The notes under the pieces are model-generated. The model did not search any database and was not told the DNA's origin. It saw nothing but the letters and a program-made list of their open reading frames with translations. From Dehalococcoidia bacterium (GTDB lineage: Bacteria; Chloroflexota; Dehalococcoidia; Lucifugimonadales; UBA3495): a DNA stretch of 64,000 bases. The translations under genes and the position numbers were made by a program. The stretch is from positions 136,753 through 200,752 of the forward strand of contig CBDCQN010000002.1 of assembly GCA_965220625.1 (NCBI GenBank), read 5' to 3'. This document shows, piece after piece, positions 39,854 through 48,085 of the stretch; within the stretch, counting starts at the first letter, position 1; every line of letters starts with the position of its first letter.

Positions 39854-40607
39854 GCCGCCACGAAACTCCTGGGTCGGCCTGAGCCGGGTCGGGGGCCGTC
39901 TGCACCGGGAATGCCCGGAAACTGGGCGCCAACCGTTCCAGCAAATCCGGCTCCATATGTTGAAAGGTTTCCAAGTCGTCGACAATGTCCAAATCGAACC
40001 CTAGGCCAGGACTGTAGGCGATGGCGACCGAAGACTCCAGTCTGGCAGCCTGGGAGAGGTGCTTCCTGAAGCTGTTGCGGCCCAATTGCGGGCGGAAGGG
40101 GACCCCGTGAGGGATCAGGATTCCGTTCGTGCCGCCGTCGCGGCGGGCCGGGGCGAGGGTGACGTTGCCGTGGCCCCGAGAAGCTTGCAGCAGGCGATAA
40201 ACGTCGGCCGGTTTGATGAACGGAAGGTCGCCGGCCAAATAGAGCGCGGCCTTCCCACGCATAGAGACTTGGTCAATGGCTTTGGACAGGGTGTCGTTAA
40301 GGTTGCGGCCCATTTCCTCCTGCCACACGGCGTGGTGGTTCCGTGCCACGTTGCGCACCCTCTCGCCGCCCCCCACCACCCAAATCATGTCTATCGACGT
40401 TCCGGTGAGGGCCACCAAGACCCTCCGCAGCATCCCCAAGGCCAGTTCCGCCCTTTGTTCCTGGGTGAGGCTCCTTGCCAGCCGCGACTTCCCATCAGAC
40501 AGGTTTTTCATGGGAACGATGGCAATCACGTTGTTTTCCTCGTTGAGCATGGCCTCGTTGAGCATGTCCTCGCCGGACGATTCAGGCGGCATGGATGACA
40601 GCCCCAT
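39840..40607 (-). CDS. cofC: 2-phospho-L-lactate (or PEP) guanylyltransferase CofC/FbiD
   Basis: IVPMK....KSRL...L....R..L...ML..V, L.GDLP......, GGTN CofC signature. Confidence 0.85.
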   Translation of the reverse strand: MGLSSMPPESSGEDMLNEAMLNEENNVIAIVPMKNLSDGKSRLARSLTQEQRAELALGMLRRVLVALTGTSIDMIWVVGGGERVRNVARNHHAVWQEEMGRNLNDTLSKAIDQVSMRGKAALYLAGDLPFIKPADVYRLLQASRGHGNVTLAPARRDGGTNGILIPHGVPFRPQLGRNSFRKHLSQAARLESSVAIAYSPGLGFDLDIVDDLETFQHMEPDLLERLAPSFRAFPVQTAPDPAQADPGVSWRREYR

Positions 40608-41563
40608 CAGGGTAGCAACTCCAAGATTTCTTTGGCCAGTCGGATCTTGTCCTCCAGGGACTCCATGATGGTATTGGCGACGACAGGCTTGGGCCCCTCG
40701 GCAGCGACCTTGGGAGCGAGGCCGGCGTCCTGCCGGTCGATCACCAGGTAGTCGCAGAAATCACGGTACAACCGGGCCACGCCGACCGCCGTTACCTCCA
40801 GTCCCATCTCGGCCATGATCTTGCCGGCGGGGCCTCGTACGGCGTCCCCTCCGACGATCGGACTCACCGCCACTCGCGGCCCGGTAAAGGACTTGAGCCG
40901 GTCCATTACCCCGGCCACCGCCAATATGGGGGCGACGCTGAGGGCCGGGTTAGAGGGGCACACCACCAGCGCGCGGGCATTATCCATCGCCTCGGTGAAC
41001 CCCGGGGAAGGCCGGGCGTTGTCGGTGCCCAAATACCGCACCGCCGTTACCTTGGGCTCGGCGCGGCGCCGGACGAAATATTGCTGCATGGGTAGGGCGC
41101 CCTCTTCGGTGTCCAACACAGTCTGGACCCGCTGATCGCTCATGGGAACTATCCTGTGAGCCACGCCCAAGCGCCGGGACAGATCGTCGGTGATTTCAGA
41201 AAGGGTTGCACCGTCTTGTAGCATCTGGGTCCGGCGAATGTGGGTTGCAAAGTCCCAGTCTCCGAGGTTGAACCAGGCATCCACGCCAAATTCTTTCAGC
41301 ATGTCCAGGCAGTTGAAGGTATCGCCCTGAATTCCCCACCCGGTTACGGGGTTATAGCGGCCGGACAAAGTGTACATCATGGTATCGAGGTCGGGCGATA
41401 CGTGCAGGCCGTGGAAGTTCTCGTCATCGCCGGTGTTGACGACAATGGTCAGGTCGTCGGCGGGAAGGCATTGGGTCAGTCCCAAGGCCAACTTGGCCCC
41501 GCCCACCCCGCCGGCCAAGGCCAGGACTCTCGGCCTGGATTCACGGGCGGCGTCGCCTACCAT
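40607..41563 (-). CDS. cofD: 2-phospho-L-lactate transferase CofD/FbiA
   Basis: VLALAGGVGGAKLALGL, VNTGDD...HGL.VSPDLD...YTL, PSNP..S..PIL: canonical CofD. Confidence 0.9.
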   Translation of the reverse strand: MVGDAARESRPRVLALAGGVGGAKLALGLTQCLPADDLTIVVNTGDDENFHGLHVSPDLDTMMYTLSGRYNPVTGWGIQGDTFNCLDMLKEFGVDAWFNLGDWDFATHIRRTQMLQDGATLSEITDDLSRRLGVAHRIVPMSDQRVQTVLDTEEGALPMQQYFVRRRAEPKVTAVRYLGTDNARPSPGFTEAMDNARALVVCPSNPALSVAPILAVAGVMDRLKSFTGPRVAVSPIVGGDAVRGPAGKIMAEMGLEVTAVGVARLYRDFCDYLVIDRQDAGLAPKVAAEGPKPVVANTIMESLEDKIRLAKEILELLP

Positions 41564-41635
41564 GCCAACCCGCGCCGGTCCTTCAGACGCAGGAACGCAC
41601 CCGGAACAGCCGGCATCGTCGAGGACCGAAAGGTC

Positions 41636-42997
41636 CTACTGGCCGGCGGCTTTTTGGGCATGCCGGGGGTGCTCGAACCGGTAAGTGTCCAGCTTTACCA
41701 GACGGGCGTAGGAACCGAACACTTCTTCCACATTGTCGCCCACCAAGTCCAGCGGGTCCAGTTCCTCGTCGGAGTCGCCGAAGATTCTCCGCATACCGTA
41801 GGTCGTGTAGCGTTCAGCGGGGACGCGGCCGGCCTGGCGGATTATTTGCCGGAACTCCGCCGGCCGCATGAGCTGCCCGTGCTGGGCGCCCGCCGCCGTG
41901 GAGATGCTTTCGTTGATCAACGTGCCGCCCAGGTCGTTGACTCCGGCGGTCAGGAGCAACTGGGACATCCGGTGGCCTTCTTTCACCCAGGAGGCCTGGA
42001 TGTTGGGTATCCAGTTGTTCAGCATTATACGAGCAATGGCGTGAACCTTGACCACGTCCATCCCCGTGGGACCGGGGCGCACATTCTCAAGCAGGTTCTT
42101 CATGAACATGGGCGCTTCGGTGTGTACGAAGCTCAACGGCACGAACTCGGTAATGCCGCCGGTCTGCTTCTGTATGTCCCGAAGGAGGGCCATGTGGCGG
42201 GCGAGCTGCGACGCGGTTTCCAGGTGGCCGAACATTACGGTGGAAGTGGTGGGTATGCCCAGAGCGTGGGCTGTCGTGATCACCTCTATCCACTGCTGGA
42301 CGTTGATCCGGCCCGGGGAGATCTCGTCCCGGAGCGCCTGGTCCAACACTTCCGCGGAAGTGCCCGGCAGGCTGCCGACTCCGGCGGCCTTCAGGCCTTC
42401 CAGGTATTCCCTGATGGTGCACCGTGACCGGACCGATCCGTAGAGCACCTCTTCCGGAGAGAACCCGTGGATGTGTATGTCGGGCAGCTCCGACTTGATG
42501 GCTTCGCAAAGACGGATGTAGGTGTCGCCTTCCATCTGCGGCGGAAGCCCGGCCTGGATGCAGACCTCGGTTGCGCCGTAGTCCCAGGCTTCCTTCGCCC
42601 GGCGGACTATCTCGGACACTGGAAGGAAATAACCTTCCTCCTCCCGGAAGTCGCGGCTGAAGGCGCAGAAGCCGCACCGCTTGATGCAGACGTTGGTGAA
42701 ATTGATGTTCCGGTTGACCACGTAGGTGACGACATCGCCCACGGTGCGGCGGCGCAGTTCGTCGGCGGCCCACACCAAGGCGTTGTATTCAGCCCCGGAG
42801 CATTCGAAGAGAGTGGTGGCTTCCTCAGCCGATATGTCGGCGCCGGAGAGGGCCTGGTCCAAAATGGACGCCACCTCGGGTCTAAGGGCGCCGGCAAGTC
42901 CGCTCAGAGCCCCCACGGGAGTCCGTTCCTCCGGCGATTGTTGGTTAGTCGGTCCCGGCATATCTTTGGGTCCCCCCTCGTGCGTATCCCGCATCAT
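41636..42997 (-). CDS. cofH: 7,8-didemethyl-8-hydroxy-5-deazariboflavin (FO) synthase subunit CofH
   Basis: Radical SAM CIKRCGFCAF, Y..NRNINFTN.C, GATE.CIQGG-like, G.TEFVPL.F. The annotated start overlaps the cofG 3' end, so the start is uncertain. Confidence 0.9.
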   Translation of the reverse strand: MMRDTHEGGPKDMPGPTNQQSPEERTPVGALSGLAGALRPEVASILDQALSGADISAEEATTLFECSGAEYNALVWAADELRRRTVGDVVTYVVNRNINFTNVCIKRCGFCAFSRDFREEEGYFLPVSEIVRRAKEAWDYGATEVCIQAGLPPQMEGDTYIRLCEAIKSELPDIHIHGFSPEEVLYGSVRSRCTIREYLEGLKAAGVGSLPGTSAEVLDQALRDEISPGRINVQQWIEVITTAHALGIPTTSTVMFGHLETASQLARHMALLRDIQKQTGGITEFVPLSFVHTEAPMFMKNLLENVRPGPTGMDVVKVHAIARIMLNNWIPNIQASWVKEGHRMSQLLLTAGVNDLGGTLINESISTAAGAQHGQLMRPAEFRQIIRQAGRVPAERYTTYGMRRIFGDSDEELDPLDLVGDNVEEVFGSYARLVKLDTYRFEHPRHAQKAAGQ

Positions 42998-44195
42998 CGG
43001 CCACGGCCCATACTTTGGCCCGGAGACCGGGCGGTAGGAACTCTTCGGAATTTACAAAATACTCCGGGTAAATCGCCAAACGGGGCCTCAACTCGAACCC
43101 CGCCGCAGCCGTCCGGTCCCTTAGCTCCCGTAACGCCGGCCAAGGCGCTTCCGGGTTTACGAAGTCGATGGTCAGTGGGGAGACGCCGCCCCAGTCGTTG
43201 ATACCGGCATCCAGATAGACTTGGTAGTTATCGGCGCTGAGGTTGGGCGGCACCTGTACGTTGGCGTCCGGTCCCAATATCAACCGGGCGGCCGCGACCG
43301 ACCACATAAGCTCTTCGGTCTCGGCGTCCCGCACCTCTTCCATCGGGGTAGCCGGTTTGGCCCTGAAATTCTGGACGATCACCTCTTGGACGTGGCCGAA
43401 CCGTTCATGGAGCCGCCTGATGGCCAGCAACGATTGTATGCGGTCGCGGCGATCCTCGCCGATACCGATGAGGATACCAGTAGTGAATGGCACCCGCAAC
43501 TCGCCGGCCAACTCTATGGTGCGCAGCCGGACCCTGGGGCGTTTGCTGGGGGCGAACTCGTGAGGCCCTCCGGCGGCGTGCAACCGGGGGCTGGTGCTCT
43601 CCAGCATCAGGCCCATGGACGGATTCGATGACTTCAACGCCGCCAATTCCCGGCGGCTCATGGTGCCGGGGTTGGCGTGGGGCAACAGGGCCGTTTGTTC
43701 CAAGACCAATTGGGAAACGTGGGTCAGGTACTCGAGAGTGGTCTTGAAGCCGCGCCGGCCCAGCCATTCCCTGGCTTCGGGGTAGCGTTGCTCGGGCCGT
43801 TCCCCAAGGGTGAACAACGCCTCGGTACAGCCCAGGCGTTCCCCAGCCAGGGCCACATCCAGCACCTGCTCCGGCGTCATGTACAAAGTGTCGCCGGCCT
43901 GTTCCGGGGTCTTCCTGAAGGTGCAGTACCCGCAGAAGTCGCGGCACATGTGGGTGAGTGGGATGAATACCTTGGGCGAAAACGTGATTGTTCTGCCCTT
44001 GCCCCGGTCCCTGACCGCCGACGCGGCCTCGCACATCCCGTCCAGTTGTTCCGGGTCGGCCGATACCAGGGCCCATGCGTCGTCGTCGGTCAATCGTTCG
44101 CCAGCGCCAGCCTGACGGACCACGCCGGTCAGCGGCGGAAGGTGTTCCGCCGAAGGAGAACTGGTTGTGGAAATCGAATGGACCGTGGAACTCAT
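42945..44195 (-). CDS. cofG: FO synthase subunit CofG
   Basis: Radical SAM CRDFCGYCTF, TFS.KVFIPLT, GCTEALFTLGE.PE, QE.IVQNF. Start uncertain: the ORF opens at 44327 and MSSTVH at 44195 is used here. Confidence 0.85.
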   Translation of the reverse strand: MSSTVHSISTTSSPSAEHLPPLTGVVRQAGAGERLTDDDAWALVSADPEQLDGMCEAASAVRDRGKGRTITFSPKVFIPLTHMCRDFCGYCTFRKTPEQAGDTLYMTPEQVLDVALAGERLGCTEALFTLGERPEQRYPEAREWLGRRGFKTTLEYLTHVSQLVLEQTALLPHANPGTMSRRELAALKSSNPSMGLMLESTSPRLHAAGGPHEFAPSKRPRVRLRTIELAGELRVPFTTGILIGIGEDRRDRIQSLLAIRRLHERFGHVQEVIVQNFRAKPATPMEEVRDAETEELMWSVAAARLILGPDANVQVPPNLSADNYQVYLDAGINDWGGVSPLTIDFVNPEAPWPALRELRDRTAAAGFELRPRLAIYPEYFVNSEEFLPPGLRAKVWAVADDAGYARGGTQRYAGTD

Positions 44196-44400
44196 ATCAC
44201 CCAATCCGGCATCGGAAGTGGAAGCGGGAATCAAGGCCCCGCAGGGAACGCCTCCAAGGGCCATCATTGTAGACGCTAGCCGCGCTGCCGGGCAACCGAC
44301 CACGGCGCCTGGGCAGGGCCTTTTCATTCTTCGCCGTTGTCTTGAACTGTGATTCGTTTGATTTGGATGATTTCTGTGATTCGGGTGGCTGCTTCCGTCC

Positions 44401-44724
44401 CTAGCAGAACCCGGGAGCGGGGTAATTCCGGGCCCAGGGGATGAGGGCGCGGACGAGGTCTTCGCGGTCAGGGAGGGAGTTGTTGGCGCGGCACCGCTCC
44501 AGGTATTTATGGACCGCCATGAAGGAGGGGAGACGGAAGCCGTCGGAGGCTACCCGGCGGATGAAGGCATGGGACTCGGGAGGGGGTTGGCGGTCGGCGC
44601 GGGCCGCAGACGATTGGAGGCAATGCTCCTCGGCCAACCGGCGGAGCCGGAGGAGGGCGAGTTGGGGGGCCAATTTTCGTTGGAGGGCGCGGACGCGGGC
44701 GCTCAGGGCGCTCAGGGTATCCAT
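44401..44724 (-). CDS. hypothetical protein (107 aa) at the head of the cof gene string
   Basis: ORF only, with no family recognised. Arg/Leu-rich helical N-terminus. Borders the repeat-rich non-coding region. Confidence 0.4.
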   Translation of the reverse strand: MDTLSALSARVRALQRKLAPQLALLRLRRLAEEHCLQSSAARADRQPPPESHAFIRRVASDGFRLPSFMAVHKYLERCRANNSLPDREDLVRALIPWARNYPAPGFC

Positions 44725-44790
44725 CTGGGGTTCACCTCGTTTTATTGGAAGTTCACTTGGGAGTCTTACTTGACGGCGGGGGAGCCGAAA

Positions 44791-44920
44791 TTTTTAGTTT
44801 CCCTCTCATTTCCTCTCATTTCCGGTCATTTTCACCCCAGTAAGAGTTCAGGGGCGGTGGGAAGCCCCCGCCGCACCCCCGTGGATACCGGCTTTCGCCG
44901 GTATGACGGAAGGACGGGCT
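44791..44920 (+). repeat. composite repeat unit, copy 1: 50-nt TCATTT-phased module, then AGTAAGAGTTCA, then hairpin GTGGATACCGGCTTTCGCCGGTATGACGG
   Basis: 44791-44840 is 46/50 identical to 45393-45442. 44881-44909 is 29/29 identical to 45605-45633. TCATTT at 44806, 44816 and 44826. Confidence 0.85.
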
Positions 44921-45044
44921 TAGAAACTATCTCAAAAACTGACGGCACGTTTCGTAATCATCTGTTTTGGCGTCAGTTGACCCGGCGGGACCCACCCCCA
45001 TCCTAAGCTTCCCTTGAGGGGGAAGGGACTTTAGTCTCTTATTA
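44920..45044. mobile_element. MITE-like element, copy B (long form, right end degenerate, TTA/TTA flanks)
   Basis: TTA|GAAACTATCTCAAAAA...ACTGACG-N26-CGTCAGT...CCACCCCCATCCTAAGCTTCCC-TTGAGGGGGAAGGGACTTTAGTCTC|TTA. Same left terminus and core as copies A and C. Confidence 0.65.
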
Positions 45045-45390
45045 GCGGACCGTCACGGGTCTGAACGATTACGATATGCGGCGGGACGTTGGGCTGGACA
45101 ACTCTTATGGCAGGTGGGGTTACACCCCGATTAAAGTAAGTGTTCAAAAATGAATATGTAGCGGCAGCCCTCGTGGCTGCCCCCTTTATATCTGAATCAG
45201 GATTTACCGGATTTCTGGATTCTCAAGATGGCGCTTTCATCCTGCTGATCCTTCAATTGATAATCCTGATTCAAATAATTACCCACCTTGTGGCTGGCCC
45301 TCCCCGCATGAAAAGACCCTGACACTTGCCCATTCCCAACCTCCGTCAGATTTTCGCGCCAGCAACTGGAAATCTTGGGTAACGCGGCGG

Positions 45391-45650
45391 TTTTTTTAGT
45401 TTCCCTCTCATTTTCGCTCATTTCCTGTCATTTTCATCCCAGAGGCTACGTCGGGGGACGGGCGGGATTGTTGAGGTCCTGTGTTATTTAGATTCAGAAC
45501 CAGGATTGCACTATTCTGGAAAGTCACTAATGGTGAAGCATCGTTACCGGCGTTGGAAAGGGACAAGTGTCACAGTAAGTGTTCAGTCCCGGTGGGGCGT
45601 CCCTGTGGATACCGGCTTTCGCCGGTATGACGGGGGACTGGCGCCCGAAA
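45391..45650 (+). repeat. composite repeat unit, copy 2, split by a 130-nt insertion flanked by CAG/CAG
   Basis: TCATTT module 45393-45442, an insertion at 45443-45572 between CAG (45440-45442) and CAG (45573-45575), then AGTAAGTGTTCAG and the 29-nt hairpin module at 45605-45633. Confidence 0.8.
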
Positions 45651-45696
45651 ATGTGACGCGCACCGCAGCGCCGGCTACAGACGGGCTACAGGCGGG

Positions 45697-46725
45697 CTAC
45701 AGGCCGTTCAGGCGGCCTTGGTCGATGGGCCAGGCTGTCGGGAAGGGCCGCCCCAGATGTTCGTGGGCGCGACGGGTTGCTATGCGACCGCGGGGGGTAC
45801 GGTCGAGGAACCCCAGCTGCAGCAGGTAGGGTTCCCATACGTCCATGATGGTGTCCGAGTCTTCGTTCAAAGCCGCTGCCAGCGTTTCCAGCCCCACGGG
45901 GCCGCCGTCGAATTTGTCGATAATGCTGCTCAACAGGCGGTGGTCCGACAGGTCCAGACCCAGTTCGTCCACCTTCAACTGTTCCAACGCCGCTCTGGCG
46001 ACCGCTCCGTCGACCCGGCTGTCGGCCTTGACCAAGGCGTAATCCCGGGTCCGCCGCAGCAGGCGGTTGGCCACCCTGGGTGTGCCGCGAGAACGGCTGG
46101 CGATCTCCTTAACGCCCTGTTCGTCGGTCTCGGTGTCCAGGATGCGGGCCGACCGGCCCACAATGACCTCCATCTCTTCGGGCCAGTAGTAATCGAGACG
46201 GCAAATGGAGCCGAACCGGTCCCTCAGGGGTGCGCTTACCATAGAAAACCTGGTGGTGGCGCCGATCAGGGTAAAAGGATTGATTCGAAGGTTTACACTG
46301 CGGGCCGCCAGGCCCTTGCCCACCATCCAGGAGAGGAAGAAGTCTTCCATGGCCGAATAGAGCACCTCTTCCACCACCCGGTTCAACCGGTGGACCTCGT
46401 CGATGAACAGAACGTCCCGGGGCTGCAGGCTGGTCAGGATGGCCGCCATGTCGCCGGCCCGTTCCACCGCCGGGCCGGAGGTCACCCGGATGGCCACGTC
46501 CAACTCCGCGGCGATGATGTGGGCCAGGGTCGTCTTGCCCAAGCCGGGAGGCCCGTAGATGATAACGTGGTCCAAAGCCTCGTCCCGTATCCGGGAGGCC
46601 TGGATGGCAATGTCGAGGGACTCTTTGGTCTGGGCTTGGCCGATGAAATCGGAGAGACGCCGGGGCCGCAGTGAAGAGTCGGCGTCTTCCTGCTGGACAG
46701 CGCCGGATACAAGGCGTTCCGTCAT
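45697..46725 (-). CDS. ruvB: Holliday junction branch migration helicase RuvB
   Basis: [36 protein letters not shown]...L..PLRDRFG: canonical RuvB. Confidence 0.95.
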   Translation of the reverse strand: MTERLVSGAVQQEDADSSLRPRRLSDFIGQAQTKESLDIAIQASRIRDEALDHVIIYGPPGLGKTTLAHIIAAELDVAIRVTSGPAVERAGDMAAILTSLQPRDVLFIDEVHRLNRVVEEVLYSAMEDFFLSWMVGKGLAARSVNLRINPFTLIGATTRFSMVSAPLRDRFGSICRLDYYWPEEMEVIVGRSARILDTETDEQGVKEIASRSRGTPRVANRLLRRTRDYALVKADSRVDGAVARAALEQLKVDELGLDLSDHRLLSSIIDKFDGGPVGLETLAAALNEDSDTIMDVWEPYLLQLGFLDRTPRGRIATRRAHEHLGRPFPTAWPIDQGRLNGL

Positions 46726-46781
46726 TTGCCCCCTCCCAGTGGTTAGTGGTTAGTGGTTAGCCGCTGAGCACTTACAACTAT

Positions 46782-48035
46782 TCACTGACCACTAAACTTG
46801 CGGAAGACCAAACACGCGTTTTGCCCTCCGAAGCCGAATGCGTTCGAAAGCGCCACCCGGACGTCCTTTTGGCGGGCCTGGTTGGGCACATAGTCCAAGT
46901 CGCAGGTGGGGTCCGGAGACTCATAATTGACGGTGGGATGGATTGCCCCCTCGGTGATGGTCTTGACGCAGGCCGCCGCCTCCAAAGATCCCGACGCGCC
47001 CAGGGAGTGGCCGATCATCGACTTGGTCGAGCTGATGGGTACTCGGTAGGCGAGTTCCCCGAACAGCCTTTTGATAGCCACCGTTTCCAGCGTGTCGTTC
47101 AGGGGCGTGGAGGTGCCGTGGGCGTTGATATAGTCCACCGCCTCCAATGGCTCCCCAGCGTCGGCCAACGCCAGGCGCATGGCCTCGGCGGCGCTCGCGC
47201 CTGACTCCTCGGGCTGGACGGGGTGCCCGGCGTCGGAGGTGCAGCCGAAACCGGCCACTTCCGCCAGAATGGCGGCCCCTCGCCGCACCGCGTGTTCCAG
47301 GCTCTCCAGGACCAACACGACGGATCCTTCGGCCGGTACGAAGCCGTCGCGACCGGCGTCGAAGGGCCGGCTGGCCAATTGAGGTTCGTCATTTCGGGTG
47401 CTCAGGGCGCGCATGACGGCAAAGCCGGACAATCCCAGCAGGCTGATCCCGGCCTCTGTGCCGCCGGCGAAAACAACGTCGGCAACACCCCGGCGGATGA
47501 CTTCCATCCCCTCTCCGATGGCCTGGTTTGAGGCCGCGCATGCGGTGGTGGCCGTGGAGTTGTAGCCGTGAGCCCCCAGGTAGCGGCTGACTGCGGCAGC
47601 GGCCATGTTCGGGAGGATCATCGGGAAGAAGAACGGGGACATGCGCATCCCGCCCCGCTCCGCCAGGATGCGGCAATTCTCTTCCAGGGTCGGAAATCCG
47701 CCGTTGCCGTTGCCCAAGATTACTCCCAGCCGGTAGGGGTCTTCACGGGACACATCGAGTCCAGAGTTTTCCAGCGACTGGAGTCCGGCGGCCACGGCCA
47801 GTTGGGTGAAACGGGCCATGCGGCGAGCGTCTCGCTCCGCGATGTGCTGGCCGGGGTCGAAATCGGATACCTCGCCTGAGATACGGCACGGATAACCTGT
47901 GGGGTCGCAGAGAGTCATGGGACCGACGCCCGATCTTCCGGCAACCAGGCTTTCCCAGAATTGGTCCGGCGACTGCCCCAGCGGGGTCATGGCCCCCATC
48001 CCGGTCACAACAACCCTTACCCGGTCCACTCCCAC
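46782..48035 (-). CDS. fabF: beta-ketoacyl-[ACP] synthase II
   Basis: [14 protein letters not shown], active-site [34 protein letters not shown]. Confidence 0.9.
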   Translation of the reverse strand: MGVDRVRVVVTGMGAMTPLGQSPDQFWESLVAGRSGVGPMTLCDPTGYPCRISGEVSDFDPGQHIAERDARRMARFTQLAVAAGLQSLENSGLDVSREDPYRLGVILGNGNGGFPTLEENCRILAERGGMRMSPFFFPMILPNMAAAAVSRYLGAHGYNSTATTACAASNQAIGEGMEVIRRGVADVVFAGGTEAGISLLGLSGFAVMRALSTRNDEPQLASRPFDAGRDGFVPAEGSVVLVLESLEHAVRRGAAILAEVAGFGCTSDAGHPVQPEESGASAAEAMRLALADAGEPLEAVDYINAHGTSTPLNDTLETVAIKRLFGELAYRVPISSTKSMIGHSLGASGSLEAAACVKTITEGAIHPTVNYESPDPTCDLDYVPNQARQKDVRVALSNAFGFGGQNACLVFRKFSGQ

Positions 48036-48085
48036 TCACCTCCCGCCCGTTCCGGCGGTCCAGATATTCGCATTGGCCGCACCAA

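Noticed and set aside
44791-45442. Short phased repeats considered as a degenerate CRISPR array
   Set aside because: The repeat period is 10 nt with no spacers. The two 50-nt modules are 600 nt apart, and no cas genes are present. This is not a CRISPR.
44878-45640. DnaA-box-like 9-mers (TGTGGATAC at 45604, CGTGGATAC at 44880) flanking an AT-rich stretch, suggesting a possible oriC
   Set aside because: There are only two imperfect boxes, and both lie inside copies of a dispersed hairpin repeat. No dnaA, dnaN or other origin-linked genes are nearby. A related GTGGATACCG also occurs at 51961. Chance resemblance is more likely. A GC-skew analysis of the whole replicon would settle it.
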